From positions 68,784 to 132,783 of the IMG/VR virus record IMGVR_UViG_3300033121_000719: DNA of 64,000 nucleotides. One strand, written 5' to 3'. Origin of the DNA: a virus. Its lineage: Duplodnaviria > Caudoviricetes. Position 1 is the first letter of the stretch. Each line of letters opens with the position of its first letter. The position numbers were made by a program, and so were the translations under genes. Below, piece after piece: positions 32,799-42,419 of this stretch. The notes under the pieces are model-generated. The model worked only from the letters and a program-made list of their open reading frames with translations, was not told the origin of the DNA and did no database searches.

Positions 32799-32990
32799 TT
32801 AATTAGTATAACACTACTATTAAGTATTTATATACTGGAATATATATACTATTAAGTATCATTAATTAATATATATAAAATAATACTTAATAGTATTATT
32901 AATTAGTATATATATACTAATTAATATTATTAAAGTATATATATACTATTAAGAATCTATATTAATACTTATAGTATTATTAATACCACA
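32799..32990. other. Extremely AT-rich, palindrome-rich non-coding region (candidate origin)
   Basis: Perfect 30-bp palindrome TATTAATTAGTATATATATACTAATTAATA at 32897-32926; recurring TATATACT and ACTATTAAG. Confidence 0.5.
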
Positions 32991-33065
32991 AAAGTTGAAA
33001 TTTGTCAAGGGTAAATATACTTATTGGATAACATGAATAAAGTTCATGTTATCGCATAAAAACAT

Positions 33066-33977
33066 TTACAAACCCATTAGTTTATAGTATAAATTCGTTA
33101 TACCAACTCTATCACAAGAATGGGGTAAGTTGCTTTTAGCATACCAAACATCAAAATCCTTATCCATTTGTTCTGCTTTCTCTATGACTTCATCATATGA
33201 ATAGATTCCGTTTTTGATAGCTAAAATTTCTTCTGCATTTGGTAGTGGGAAAGTTATTTTTCCAGTTAATAATAATTCTTTACCTTCTCCCATGAGTCTA
33301 AACAAATGACTAGCATGTTTTACATCATACTTGAATTTTTCTTCAAGCTCTTTTCTAGCTGGATTTCTTTCACAATACCAAGCTATATAATTATCCCATC
33401 TTTTTTTAGCTTCCCTATATTCTCGTTCTCTTTGAATTTCATCAACATATTCATCCTTAAAAAATTCAAGAGAAACATTGAATAAGTTATTAAGTGCATC
33501 ACCACTTATTTTTGGGGAGTCTGTTAGACCAAAATCCTCTCTAGTTGGTTTTCTTTTGGGTGGATTGATAAAATACGTTCTATGAGTTCTAATTGCATTT
33601 AGTTGACTCATAGCATATCCACTAAAAGTATATTTTATCTTTTTGCTCAAAAATAGACTTCTATTCTCAACAATTATTTTCCAATCATTAGTATTAAGAA
33701 GAACCATATTTTCTGGAACAAAAAGCATTTCAATAATGTTTGGGTTTGCATCTCCACACAACTTAAAAAACTTCCCAAGATCATATATAACCCTATCTTC
33801 CTCAACAAAACCGTTATCTTTTTGCTCAAATCTGTTATAAGGGTCTATAACTACATTGAGAGGTGTTTTAGAGACGCCTCTATAGTCCCAATCACTTTTA
33901 GGTGTATTAGTACCGTAGAGTCTACTACCAGTAATTAACTTTACTATCTGATGTTCTTCTGGATTATAAGTTTTCAA
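33066..33977 (-). CDS. Pol-beta-superfamily nucleotidyltransferase (YcgL/RNA-repair-associated type)
   Basis: GSRLYGTNTPKSDWDYRG, NPNIIE, YDVKHASHLFRL. Confidence 0.8.
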   Translation of the reverse strand: MKTYNPEEHQIVKLITGSRLYGTNTPKSDWDYRGVSKTPLNVVIDPYNRFEQKDNGFVEEDRVIYDLGKFFKLCGDANPNIIEMLFVPENMVLLNTNDWKIIVENRSLFLSKKIKYTFSGYAMSQLNAIRTHRTYFINPPKRKPTREDFGLTDSPKISGDALNNLFNVSLEFFKDEYVDEIQREREYREAKKRWDNYIAWYCERNPARKELEEKFKYDVKHASHLFRLMGEGKELLLTGKITFPLPNAEEILAIKNGIYSYDEVIEKAEQMDKDFDVWYAKSNLPHSCDRVGITNLYYKLMGL

Positions 33978-34178
33978 CTAAACATCTCCTTTAGAATACT
34001 TACAATAATTCTTATCAATATATTCACCTATACCTCCTTTCCAAGAAAGTTTTGAATAGACTGCTCTTTCACCTCCCTCAATTTTTTCCAATCTTTCTTT
34101 TGTAGTTTGTGTTTAGAGATTTTTCTTTTTCTTTTCTCTAATACTTCTTCGTAATTTTTTTCTTCTTTTTCGCCCATT

Positions 34179-35633
34179 TTACCAATCCTCTACATCTTCA
34201 TCATTGTCATCATTGTCATCATTGTCATCATCATTTTCAGAACAATCACAACAAAGTGGAATACGACAAGAGTCTTCTAATAATTCTCCACAACGAAAAC
34301 AATAAACATCACCACCAACTTTTATGCTTAATTCACCATCAACATTTTCCTTATGTTTGACTGTTTCAAAATAAAAACCATTTAGTACATCGTGGTAGAT
34401 CAACTCGCTACCCCTAGCATATTTGAATGAATTAAGTGATGGATTTTTTGATACAATCCAATGGTTATCAACGTTAAAATAGTTTGATACAATTTCCTCA
34501 TAAATTTCTCTTGAAACTTTAGATACAACGTCAATGGTTTCAGGATACTGTCTACTAAAGATAGCGGACATAGTATTTTTATCAATATATACGCATTGTC
34601 TCCATGATTTAGAATTTCCATCAACAGTATAAGTCTCGTAACCAAACTTACTTGTCAATCCATTGTGTTTATATGCAATTGCGGTGCAATCATCAATCAG
34701 CAAAGAAAGTGGCGCAGTTCCAAATTCTCCATATCCAAGTCGTTGACAAGATTGCCAGCCGTTGTTATTGATTGACATAGTAAAATAGTCATAGGGATCA
34801 ATACTTAATGTTATATATGCGTTAATTTTTCTACTAGACAACATTCTAGCCAAGTGGTCGTTGAGTTCTTTATCGCCATATAAATCACTAAAAAACTTAG
34901 TAACCTTGATTCCAGACTTATAATAGTTTGGCATATATTTTCTAGCTTTTGAGCTAGCACCAGAAATTTGATTGTTTAAATATTCACTTGTTACAACAAG
35001 AGATAATGCTGGATAGTATTTTTCAAACTTTGAATATGTTTCTTCAACAAGATTCCTCATTTCAAGTTCTTCCATATCAAGTTCAATCTGTTTTGATACA
35101 GTAAGATTTTTTCCAAATAAAAGGTACAGATGTGCTTTTGCTTTAGCCCACCTTGAAAGATATTCATTCAAAGGAAAGTTATTAGTCCTGCCTCTTGTTG
35201 CAATTCTAAAAAAGTTTTCAAATTTTTTCCTGTCAACTTTAGCAATCATTTCTTTTATGATTTCATCAGGAATCTCTGATGGCATTTTTAATACCTTATT
35301 GTTCTCATCAATAGGTTCTAACTCTTTTTTGTTTTTGTAATCAAGCATTGATAGACTGATAGACCACCAATAACCACTAGGGTCTTTGATTCTAAATACA
35401 GTTGGCTCTTTTCTTGCGATCCTTTTTAATGCTGTCTCATCAACTATGACCTCATATCCGTTACACAAGAAATCCATTCGTGCATCCCAACCACATACAA
35501 TAAGTCCTTGTTTTTCATCATTCTTAATTTCTTGTAGTGGACGGAATACTAACACGTCTCCTAACTCTACATTTTTGAATTTTGATGGGACACAGTTATC
35601 CTCACCATCAGAATTAATAATTTCTTCGCTCAT
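34179..35633 (-). CDS. Hypothetical protein, paralog of 36914..38302
   Basis: Shared blocks SIDPYDYFTMSINNNGWQSC and NSKSWRQCVYID...SAIFSRQYP; C-terminal CxxC. Confidence 0.75.
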   Translation of the reverse strand: MSEEIINSDGEDNCVPSKFKNVELGDVLVFRPLQEIKNDEKQGLIVCGWDARMDFLCNGYEVIVDETALKRIARKEPTVFRIKDPSGYWWSISLSMLDYKNKKELEPIDENNKVLKMPSEIPDEIIKEMIAKVDRKKFENFFRIATRGRTNNFPLNEYLSRWAKAKAHLYLLFGKNLTVSKQIELDMEELEMRNLVEETYSKFEKYYPALSLVVTSEYLNNQISGASSKARKYMPNYYKSGIKVTKFFSDLYGDKELNDHLARMLSSRKINAYITLSIDPYDYFTMSINNNGWQSCQRLGYGEFGTAPLSLLIDDCTAIAYKHNGLTSKFGYETYTVDGNSKSWRQCVYIDKNTMSAIFSRQYPETIDVVSKVSREIYEEIVSNYFNVDNHWIVSKNPSLNSFKYARGSELIYHDVLNGFYFETVKHKENVDGELSIKVGGDVYCFRCGELLEDSCRIPLCCDCSENDDDNDDNDDNDEDVEDW

Positions 35634-35645
35634 ATATTTTTCTCC

Positions 35646-36902
35646 TTATAATGGAACTTCAGTATTGGTAATTTCTGGCAACAACGGTGCTTTTGTGATG
35701 ATCTTTACAAAATCCTGTGGGTTTGGGTCTAAGTCTACGTAAAACGCCCTATACATTCTGCCAGAATCTTTGATCGTACTTTTGTAGATTTTAGAAAATC
35801 GTCTTTTTGCAACGGCTTTTGGCAATACTTCACCAACCAGTTCGTCTGGATTTGAATAGTCAAGTTTTATGACTCTGTTAGTCCAATCTAAAACATACTC
35901 CAAATTTTTATTATCAAATGTTTCTACAACTTCAAGGTCAGATGCAAAGTTTTTGTGTATCTCAATTATATCATCTTCGTCAAGATAACGACACAGAATT
36001 TTTGTTGTAGTTATAGTGCCTTCTTTTTCAATCAAAGTTTTTCTTCCAGCTTTTTTGATTTGACCATTAGAAACACCGCCTTCTCCAGCCGTCCAGAATC
36101 TGTCCTGATAGTAGTCATCATCGTCAGTAGTCAAATCATCTTCCCATCTTCTGGTTTCATAATTCCACTTTCTACCAGAATATCCTGTATATACGTATTT
36201 GACTTCCTGAAAATCATAAACAGGATAAACGTCAGGATTGACTGATAATATTTTTTCAACCTTATCAGTTGTGGCTTGCATTTCATCAAGCCTAACGTAC
36301 TCATTCAACGTATGTTCATTATAATATCCAATTGATAGGTTAACGCTTGCCCTATTAAAAACTGGAGATAGAGCTTTTATATCAGAACTACTACCAATAG
36401 CTGTTTTGAAACCAAAAGATTCTATATATGTTTGAAATTCCTTATTTCCGCATTGATAGAACACACAGTCTTCACTTCCTCTACGATCAAGTTCTATCAT
36501 AAATTTAAAGTGGCTCAATGACGGAAAATCTTTCGCAAATGCCCTTGCGCCAATCAGTCCTGTTTCTTCCCCATTTGTAAATAAAACTGATGGTCTAAAT
36601 CCATGTCTCAAAATTGTCAACACTGACCAAACACCACAGCGATCATCCCCACCAATTCCCTCTGGACACCAAGCAACTTTTTTCTGAGGGTCATAGAATA
36701 CATTTTCAGGTTTTGTCCTATGGACTGTATCCATATGACACACCAACATAATTGGGATTGTACCCTCTGCATACACATAATCACCTTTCAATGAAATGTG
36801 TATTTTATCTGTTGGATATGCGTCTAATAAACTTTTTGTGATGAATCCAATCAGTTCTGGAACTTCACTTTGAACTAATTTTACCAAACTAATGTTTTTC
36901 AT
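35646..36902 (-). CDS. M28/M20-family zinc peptidase-like protein
   Basis: HMDTVH, GGDDRCG, GEETG, ELDRRG, SSDI, GYYNEH. Confidence 0.75.
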   Translation of the reverse strand: MKNISLVKLVQSEVPELIGFITKSLLDAYPTDKIHISLKGDYVYAEGTIPIMLVCHMDTVHRTKPENVFYDPQKKVAWCPEGIGGDDRCGVWSVLTILRHGFRPSVLFTNGEETGLIGARAFAKDFPSLSHFKFMIELDRRGSEDCVFYQCGNKEFQTYIESFGFKTAIGSSSDIKALSPVFNRASVNLSIGYYNEHTLNEYVRLDEMQATTDKVEKILSVNPDVYPVYDFQEVKYVYTGYSGRKWNYETRRWEDDLTTDDDDYYQDRFWTAGEGGVSNGQIKKAGRKTLIEKEGTITTTKILCRYLDEDDIIEIHKNFASDLEVVETFDNKNLEYVLDWTNRVIKLDYSNPDELVGEVLPKAVAKRRFSKIYKSTIKDSGRMYRAFYVDLDPNPQDFVKIITKAPLLPEITNTEVPL

Positions 36903-36913
36903 TTTATTTTCCC

Positions 36914-38302
36914 TTAGTGTCTGCCACAAGTGGCAATACGTCTTCCAGTCATAATCGTTTCGCCACAAATTAAACATGGCACATTTTCGCCAACTCTGAA
37001 GTTTTCAGCACCAACAAAATCAGCATGAACAATTTTCTTAAACTCACGGTCTGTTGAGGTTACATCGTGATATGGAATGTTTGAACCCTTGTTATACCCA
37101 TTTCCGTCACGATGATATACGTGCCAATCGTTTTTGAGGTGTAAATAGTTTGAGGCCGTTTCCTCATATAATTCTCTGACAGCAGATATAATCTGATCTG
37201 ACCTGCTTGGATATTGTCTGCTGAAAATTGCAGATGCTGAATTAGGATCAATATATACACACTGTCTCCATGATTTAGAGTTCCATTTTACTTCAACATT
37301 ATTGTATGTGTATGTTGGAAACTCTGCTTTTTTATTGTACTTGAAAGCAATTGCAGTTGAACTATCAAGAAGATATGATAACGGGGCCATACCATATTGA
37401 CCAGTACCTAATTCATGACAAGATTGCCAACCACTGTTATTGATTGACATAGTAAAGATGTCAAAAGGATTGATGCTAATTGACACTGTTGATTGAATCA
37501 ATCTGTTGGTTAGAATGGTAGCCAGTGCATCGTCAAGCTCTTTATCTTTACAAAGATCATGGAACATACCAGACAGTTTTCCTCCTACTGTATATTGAGG
37601 AAAAAATCTTTTCAACTCCCCTCTTGTTCCCATAACTTTATTCTCTAAAAATTCATCAGCAATAAAGTTCTTTACCAAATAATAATACTTTGGGAATTTC
37701 ATGTAAATATTTTCATTGATTTGAGCCAACATTTCAGATTCACCCATTGGCAAACTGACCTCTTTTTCAATTGATAAAGACCTGCCAAACATCAGATAAA
37801 TGTCGTGTTTGGCCTCAGCCCATTTTAATAAAAGCTCATTAACCAATCCAGCTTTGAATGGAATACCGTTGCTGGCTTTTGCAATCATCAAGAATTTTTC
37901 AAAAGTTTTCTTATCAACTTTTGACATCATTTCACCTAAAATATCACTATTTTTAATTGGACAATGGAAGGAAAAAGTCTTTTTATCTTCTAAAGGTTTT
38001 TCTTCTTCAACTTTATTAAGCATATCAAGAGAGATAAACCAATGCCACTCAGGATATGTTTTATCTTTAATGAGAGCAACATACTTAATTCCATTACTAA
38101 TGCGATAGATAGTAAGTCCATCAACTATGATTTCTTTTACTTCTTCAACAAGATAATCCATTTCTGGAATCCACTCTGGAAGAGAGTGCAAAATATCAAG
38201 AGTCCTAAATTTAAGTTTAGTACCTTCTTTGATTTCTCCCAACCTTCTGTCAATGTTTTCGCGAGCGATATTCCTATAACCACGTTTTTCAGTTTCAGCC
38301 AT
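36914..38302 (-). CDS. Hypothetical protein, paralog of 34179..35633
   Basis: SINPFDIFTMSINNSGWQSC, NSKSWRQCVYID, SAIFSRQYP, C-terminal CLICG. Confidence 0.75.
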   Translation of the reverse strand: MAETEKRGYRNIARENIDRRLGEIKEGTKLKFRTLDILHSLPEWIPEMDYLVEEVKEIIVDGLTIYRISNGIKYVALIKDKTYPEWHWFISLDMLNKVEEEKPLEDKKTFSFHCPIKNSDILGEMMSKVDKKTFEKFLMIAKASNGIPFKAGLVNELLLKWAEAKHDIYLMFGRSLSIEKEVSLPMGESEMLAQINENIYMKFPKYYYLVKNFIADEFLENKVMGTRGELKRFFPQYTVGGKLSGMFHDLCKDKELDDALATILTNRLIQSTVSISINPFDIFTMSINNSGWQSCHELGTGQYGMAPLSYLLDSSTAIAFKYNKKAEFPTYTYNNVEVKWNSKSWRQCVYIDPNSASAIFSRQYPSRSDQIISAVRELYEETASNYLHLKNDWHVYHRDGNGYNKGSNIPYHDVTSTDREFKKIVHADFVGAENFRVGENVPCLICGETIMTGRRIATCGRH

Positions 38303-39442
38303 AATATTTTTCTCCTAATTTTTTATGTATTAATTAATAATTAACTTCTACTTCAGTTTCTTTTTTAGAAAACAATCTATATAACTGGTTTGGCATTGTA
38401 ATTGACATACCACCACTCTGTTGAGAGGTAGAAAAAAATAAATAAACAGCGTTATCAATGGCATTAGTCCTGTTTATGTATTGCATAATTTCTTTGAATG
38501 TTGCAGTTCCAGTACATCCGTTACGATAATCTTCCGTTCTCAAAACATATCGTAGTTTATGTGAAGATTTTATAGTTTTTACCATTTTATTTGTTTCTCC
38601 TTTTTTAAATTCTAGCTTCTATTACAGTAGAGCCTTCAGTAAAGACTCTGTATAACTTATTATAATCATTGATATTACAAGATGTCCAGTTATAAAGTTT
38701 TTTTACTCCATTCTCGTCAATCAACACTCTTGAATAGATTCTTAGAGTATTTTTATATTCCCCTTGATAATGTTTCAATATATGTTTTAAAACTTCCTGT
38801 ATGTTTATGCCAACACCCTCTATTTTCCCATCACAACAGGTAATTGCCATTTTTAGATTTGTAGGCGAATTATCAAAAAACAATTTCATTTTTATATTTC
38901 TCCTTTAACTCCAATCAGTTTCAATTTCTGTTTTTTTGTCAATTAATATATAATAAAGTTTGTTAAAATCTTTTTCAACGATCTTTTTATGATACTCATC
39001 TTTTTTATAGTACAAGAAAAACCCAATAGAATGTAATTGATGATTTTCCTGCTGACTTATTATTTCAATCCAACGTGCATTTGAAATAATGTCTAATAAT
39101 TTTGAAGACCTATAACTTATTCTTTCTTTCTCTGTTCTAATTATGCCACCAAACAGACTATTGCTGTCAATAATTTCTCCCATAACCAAAGCCTTCCTTG
39201 AATAAAATTAAAAAGAAAATGCCTATCAGTTTTATATATATCTGATAGGCACTAAGAAAAGGGATATAAATTTGTCTTTATTGATTTTTCTTTTAAGAAA
39301 GATAGACACAAATTCATATCAGGTCTTATGCCTGTTATACATTTACGTTCTATTCTATGTTTTAGAATATATAAGTCAAATAAAATTCTCTATTTGACTT
39401 ATATATTCTTTCTATATTTCTATAGAAAGAATATATTTTATA

Positions 39443-40057
39443 TTACATAGTGCGCCAAGTAACAGTAGTCACGACAGGGGTGACTACAACAAAGCGTGAT
39501 TTCTTGAAGTCTTCAACATTACCAACATCATTCTTGATAAAATAGAAATCAGTAGAAGTGTTGGCAGGTTTGACCAATTCATACACAGTACCTTCAGTCA
39601 GACGTTTGACTTTCTTATTTCCAGTAGTTGAAAATTTGTGATTGTCAACGCATTTGACAAAGCCAAACTGCGAAGTAGGAACTGCTGGAGTTGCAGGAAC
39701 GGCAGGTGCAGGAACTAAACTCTTGAAACGATTGATATTGAAGTAGTCTTTCTTTCCAATATCATTGGTGATTACAACATAGGTTTGCTGTGAGCTTTCC
39801 CAAGTGGTATCAACATTGTACATCTTTCCAGCGGTCAAGTTCTCAGTAGAGGACAAGGCAACGACAGGATTACGTGGATTGGCAACAAGATCAAGTACAT
39901 CAAGTCGTTCTTCAACCACAATCTGACCAGTAGCAACGAGTTTCACAAAGCCTTCAAGTTCAACACCATCAACCACAATTTCATCCTCAACCAAATAAAT
40001 CTTATTCTTGGTCATATCAGAATTTTCTACGGAAACAGCTTTCATCAGTTTTAACAT
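39443..40057 (-). CDS. Hypothetical protein with internally repeated small beta domains
   Basis: LTxGxxY...I.ND.G..D.F...RF occurs twice, joined by a PAVPA linker. Confidence 0.65.
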   Translation of the reverse strand: MLKLMKAVSVENSDMTKNKIYLVEDEIVVDGVELEGFVKLVATGQIVVEERLDVLDLVANPRNPVVALSSTENLTAGKMYNVDTTWESSQQTYVVITNDIGKKDYFNINRFKSLVPAPAVPATPAVPTSQFGFVKCVDNHKFSTTGNKKVKRLTEGTVYELVKPANTSTDFYFIKNDVGNVEDFKKSRFVVVTPVVTTVTWRTM

Positions 40058-40136
40058 TTTTATTTTCTCCTTCGTTTTTTATATATATTTTTTTGATTTA
40101 GATAAACAGTCCAAATAGACTAAGACACACAATTTA

Positions 40137-41612
40137 TTATAGAACAATTTTGCTGTATCGTTCTCCTTCCAGAACCTTGAGCATGGCATCAACTGGATTG
40201 TAACCAATTCCTTCAAGAACACTTTTGAACACACTTACTGAATGTCCACTTGCCAATTGAACACCTCTTGATTCTTTATCAACTTGAAATGAATTTTTTG
40301 AGTCTCTTACATTCCAAAAAATTACATTTGGCATAGTATAACCATGAGCAGAAAATTTGGCTGTCATAGTTTCAAACAGCGTCTTATTCCAGCCACCAGT
40401 ACAACCATCAAACTGCATATCAGAAATGATAATGATTGCTTTTGGCAGGTCGTCATTCGTCAAATTATTACTGATAGCGGTCTGTAAAATAAGATCAAAA
40501 GCCGCTTTTAAGTTTGTGTTTTGCACAATTTCAGGAATACAATTCAGTTTTGACTGTAAAGTATCACCCTTAATTTCAACGAAATGTGGGGTGCTACTAA
40601 AGGTCAAGAACTTGTTATGCCACACTCCTTGATTACGTTCTGCAAAATATACAGCCAACCCAAGAGATGTCATAATTGGTAAGCCACCATGTCCATACAT
40701 TGACCCGCTTGAGTCTGCCATAATAAGGACGCTGTTTTCTCCTTCAATGTAATTTGGTAAAGCCTTCCATTGAGCTTCAGAAACTCTATCAGACTTCCAA
40801 TTTGTATTATAACCACCAGAATAAATTGTTCTCAAGATGTCGTAGGGATAAAGAGTGGTACTGTTGATTTTTACTTCACCCTTTTCAACTTTATTCAAGT
40901 AAGCTACAAACCCGTCAGGATCATGTCGTGAAAATGCTTTACGATATTTTGTCATAGCATTTGAACTAACACCACTATAAACAATACTTCTCCATTCATT
41001 TGAACTCATTTTCCGTTCAAGAACATCAAGCCCTGTACGTAACATGGCTAAAGTTCTGCGATATTCTTTTGGAGTCTGTTTGAAAAAGATTTGAAACTTG
41101 TAAGCAATTTCACGACTTTCACGTGAGGATGTATTATTTGACTTCATCCATTTTCCTAAGAGCGAAAACTTTTCGCCATTCTGCAAATTTTTGATGTCAT
41201 CAACTAACTGATAGCCAACTAACTGCATCATTTCTTTTTCAACTTTCGTTCCAATAAGAACGAACAAATCGTCCCAACGACCATATTCAGGAATAAGTGT
41301 CATGTTTTTGATAACAGCTTCAGGGTTGTTGTTTCCTAAATATTTCAAGATAGTTCTGAAAACTTTTCGTTCACCCAAACCGCCACGAATATCACGCGCA
41401 TAAAATAAACATTTCAGCGCAAGCAAAGGATTTTCAGACCAAGCCATAGAAAAAGCTCTCACAATATCATTTTCAGAACGATCTCTGATTGCACCAGCCT
41501 GACCATAAAAGTCAAGAACATAATTTCCAGTAGTGGACAAAGCATTTGCACCATTTTCTGTCTGAATCATTGTTCCACCACGCTGTAAACCGCTTACAAA
41601 ATTTGCTGACAT
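40137..41612 (-). CDS. DUF2828-family TROVE-like/VWA protein (Ro60-related architecture)
   Basis: TENGA, RDIRGGLGER, YGRWDDL, KW, LYPYD, QWKAL, VWA MIDAS DSSGSM, NTN, ISDMQFD, FWNV. Confidence 0.85.
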   Translation of the reverse strand: MSANFVSGLQRGGTMIQTENGANALSTTGNYVLDFYGQAGAIRDRSENDIVRAFSMAWSENPLLALKCLFYARDIRGGLGERKVFRTILKYLGNNNPEAVIKNMTLIPEYGRWDDLFVLIGTKVEKEMMQLVGYQLVDDIKNLQNGEKFSLLGKWMKSNNTSSRESREIAYKFQIFFKQTPKEYRRTLAMLRTGLDVLERKMSSNEWRSIVYSGVSSNAMTKYRKAFSRHDPDGFVAYLNKVEKGEVKINSTTLYPYDILRTIYSGGYNTNWKSDRVSEAQWKALPNYIEGENSVLIMADSSGSMYGHGGLPIMTSLGLAVYFAERNQGVWHNKFLTFSSTPHFVEIKGDTLQSKLNCIPEIVQNTNLKAAFDLILQTAISNNLTNDDLPKAIIIISDMQFDGCTGGWNKTLFETMTAKFSAHGYTMPNVIFWNVRDSKNSFQVDKESRGVQLASGHSVSVFKSVLEGIGYNPVDAMLKVLEGERYSKIVL

Positions 41613-41650
41613 AATTTTTATTCTCCTTATTTATTGTTTGATATTTTTTA

Positions 41651-41679
41651 ATTATACGACAATTTCAAATATAAGTCAA
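41651..41679 (-). promoter_or_regulatory. sigma70-type promoter for the DUF2828 gene
   Basis: TTGACT-17-TATAAT. Confidence 0.7.
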
Positions 41680-41709
41680 GTGTTTTTTGTTTTTGTTATC
41701 TCTCTTTCC

Positions 41710-41770
41710 AAGACTCTTTTATTTATTTTTTTAGCATAAAAAATTTGGTTTGTATCGCTGTAAGAGTCTT
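41710..41770 (-). ncRNA. ACAGCAA-handle hairpin RNA A (apical loop AU-GCU-AA)
   Basis: AAGACTCTT/AAGAGTCTT stem, ACAGCGA, apical TTTTT-ATGCTAA-AAAAA. Confidence 0.65.
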
Positions 41771-41798
41771 ACTTTAATGGAGAATGAAAATAATAAAA

Positions 41799-41859
41799 TC
41801 AGACACATAAACTTTAGAATTTAGCAGATTCTTGTTTTTGTATTGCTGTAAGTGTCTGA
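41799..41859 (-). ncRNA. ACAGCAA-handle hairpin RNA B (Ser GCU anticodon-loop mimic)
   Basis: TCAGACAC/GTGTCTGA stem, ACAGCAA, apical AGAAT-CTGCTAA-ATTCT. Confidence 0.7.
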
Positions 41860-41886
41860 AACAATGCAAGGTCTCCTGTGACCAAG

Positions 41887-41959
41887 TACCCCTTGTAGGC
41901 TACGATCCCACGTATCCAAGCTGAGGGCTTAGTGTCCTAGTCCACTAGACGAAAGGGGT
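41887..41959 (-). tRNA. tRNA-Glu(CUC), atypical loops
   Basis: Acceptor ACCCCTT/AAGGGGT; CTAAG-CCCTCAG-CTTGG; T-loop ATCGTAG. Confidence 0.7.
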
Positions 41960-41975
41960 ATTTTTATAATAAAAC

Positions 41976-42034
41976 AAGATGCCGTCAACTGTTTATCTTA
42001 AAAGGATAAGGTTTTGGATTGCTGTTAGCATCTT
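41976..42034 (-). ncRNA. ACAGCAA-handle hairpin RNA C (Lys UUU anticodon-loop mimic)
   Basis: AAGATGCT/GGCATCTT stem, ACAGCAA, apical TTATC-CTTTTAA-GATAA. Confidence 0.7.
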
Positions 42035-42037
42035 TAG

Positions 42038-42110
42038 TGAGAGAGGTTGGACTCGAACCAACGACCACGATCATGTCAAGATAAGAGTTTTGTATTGCTG
42101 TATGTGTCTT
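42038..42110 (-). ncRNA. ACAGCAA handle fused to a tRNA 3' half (GAC loop, T arm, acceptor 3' strand)
   Basis: AAGACACAT-ACAGCAA...ATC-TTGACAT-GAT...GTTGG-TTCGAGT-CCAAC-CTCTCTC-A; no 5' half. Confidence 0.6.
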
Positions 42111-42113
42111 TAG

Positions 42114-42186
42114 TGGAGGTCAAGGGACTCGAACCCCTAACTAGCCGCTCATAAGACGGATACTCTAACCATTGAGTTACACCTCC
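42114..42186 (-). tRNA. tRNA with UAU anticodon (Ile)
   Basis: GGAGGTG...GACCTCC-A; D arm ACTC-AATGGTTA-GAGT; loop CTTATGA; T arm AGGGG-TTCGAGT-CCCTT. Confidence 0.75.
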
Positions 42187-42202
42187 ATTTTTATACTTTT
42201 AG

Positions 42203-42276
42203 CGCAAGTGACAGGTCACGATCCTGCGACATTCTGCTTAGAAGGCAGACGCTCTATCCAACTGAGCTACACTTGC
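42203..42276 (-). tRNA. tRNA-Arg(UCU)
   Basis: GCAAGTG/CACTTGC; TCTGC-CTTCTAA-GCAGA; T-loop ATCGTGA. Confidence 0.85.
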
Positions 42277-42362
42277 ATTTTGCTTGCATAGATATTAATT
42301 GTTATAGGTCATATAAATTTTAAGATATATGCAAGCTCTTAGGAGAAAAATTATGAATACCT

Positions 42363-42415
42363 AGATACATTTATTTTCTTTTTAAGAGAAGATTTTTTGA
42401 TTGCTGTATGTATCT
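42363..42415 (-). ncRNA. ACAGCAA-handle hairpin RNA D (Leu UAA anticodon-loop mimic)
   Basis: AGATACAT/ATGTATCT stem, ACAGCAA, apical TTCT-CTTAAAA-AGAA. Confidence 0.7.
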
Positions 42416-42419
42416 TTAG

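Noticed and set aside
34197-34235. TCATCATTG microsatellite
   Set aside because: Encodes the acidic DDN tail of the 34179..35633 protein
42341-42364. Plus-strand AGGAGA-ATG mini-ORF (MNT*) after a hairpin at 42282-42336
   Set aside because: Three codons, antisense to the array, no supporting promoter seen
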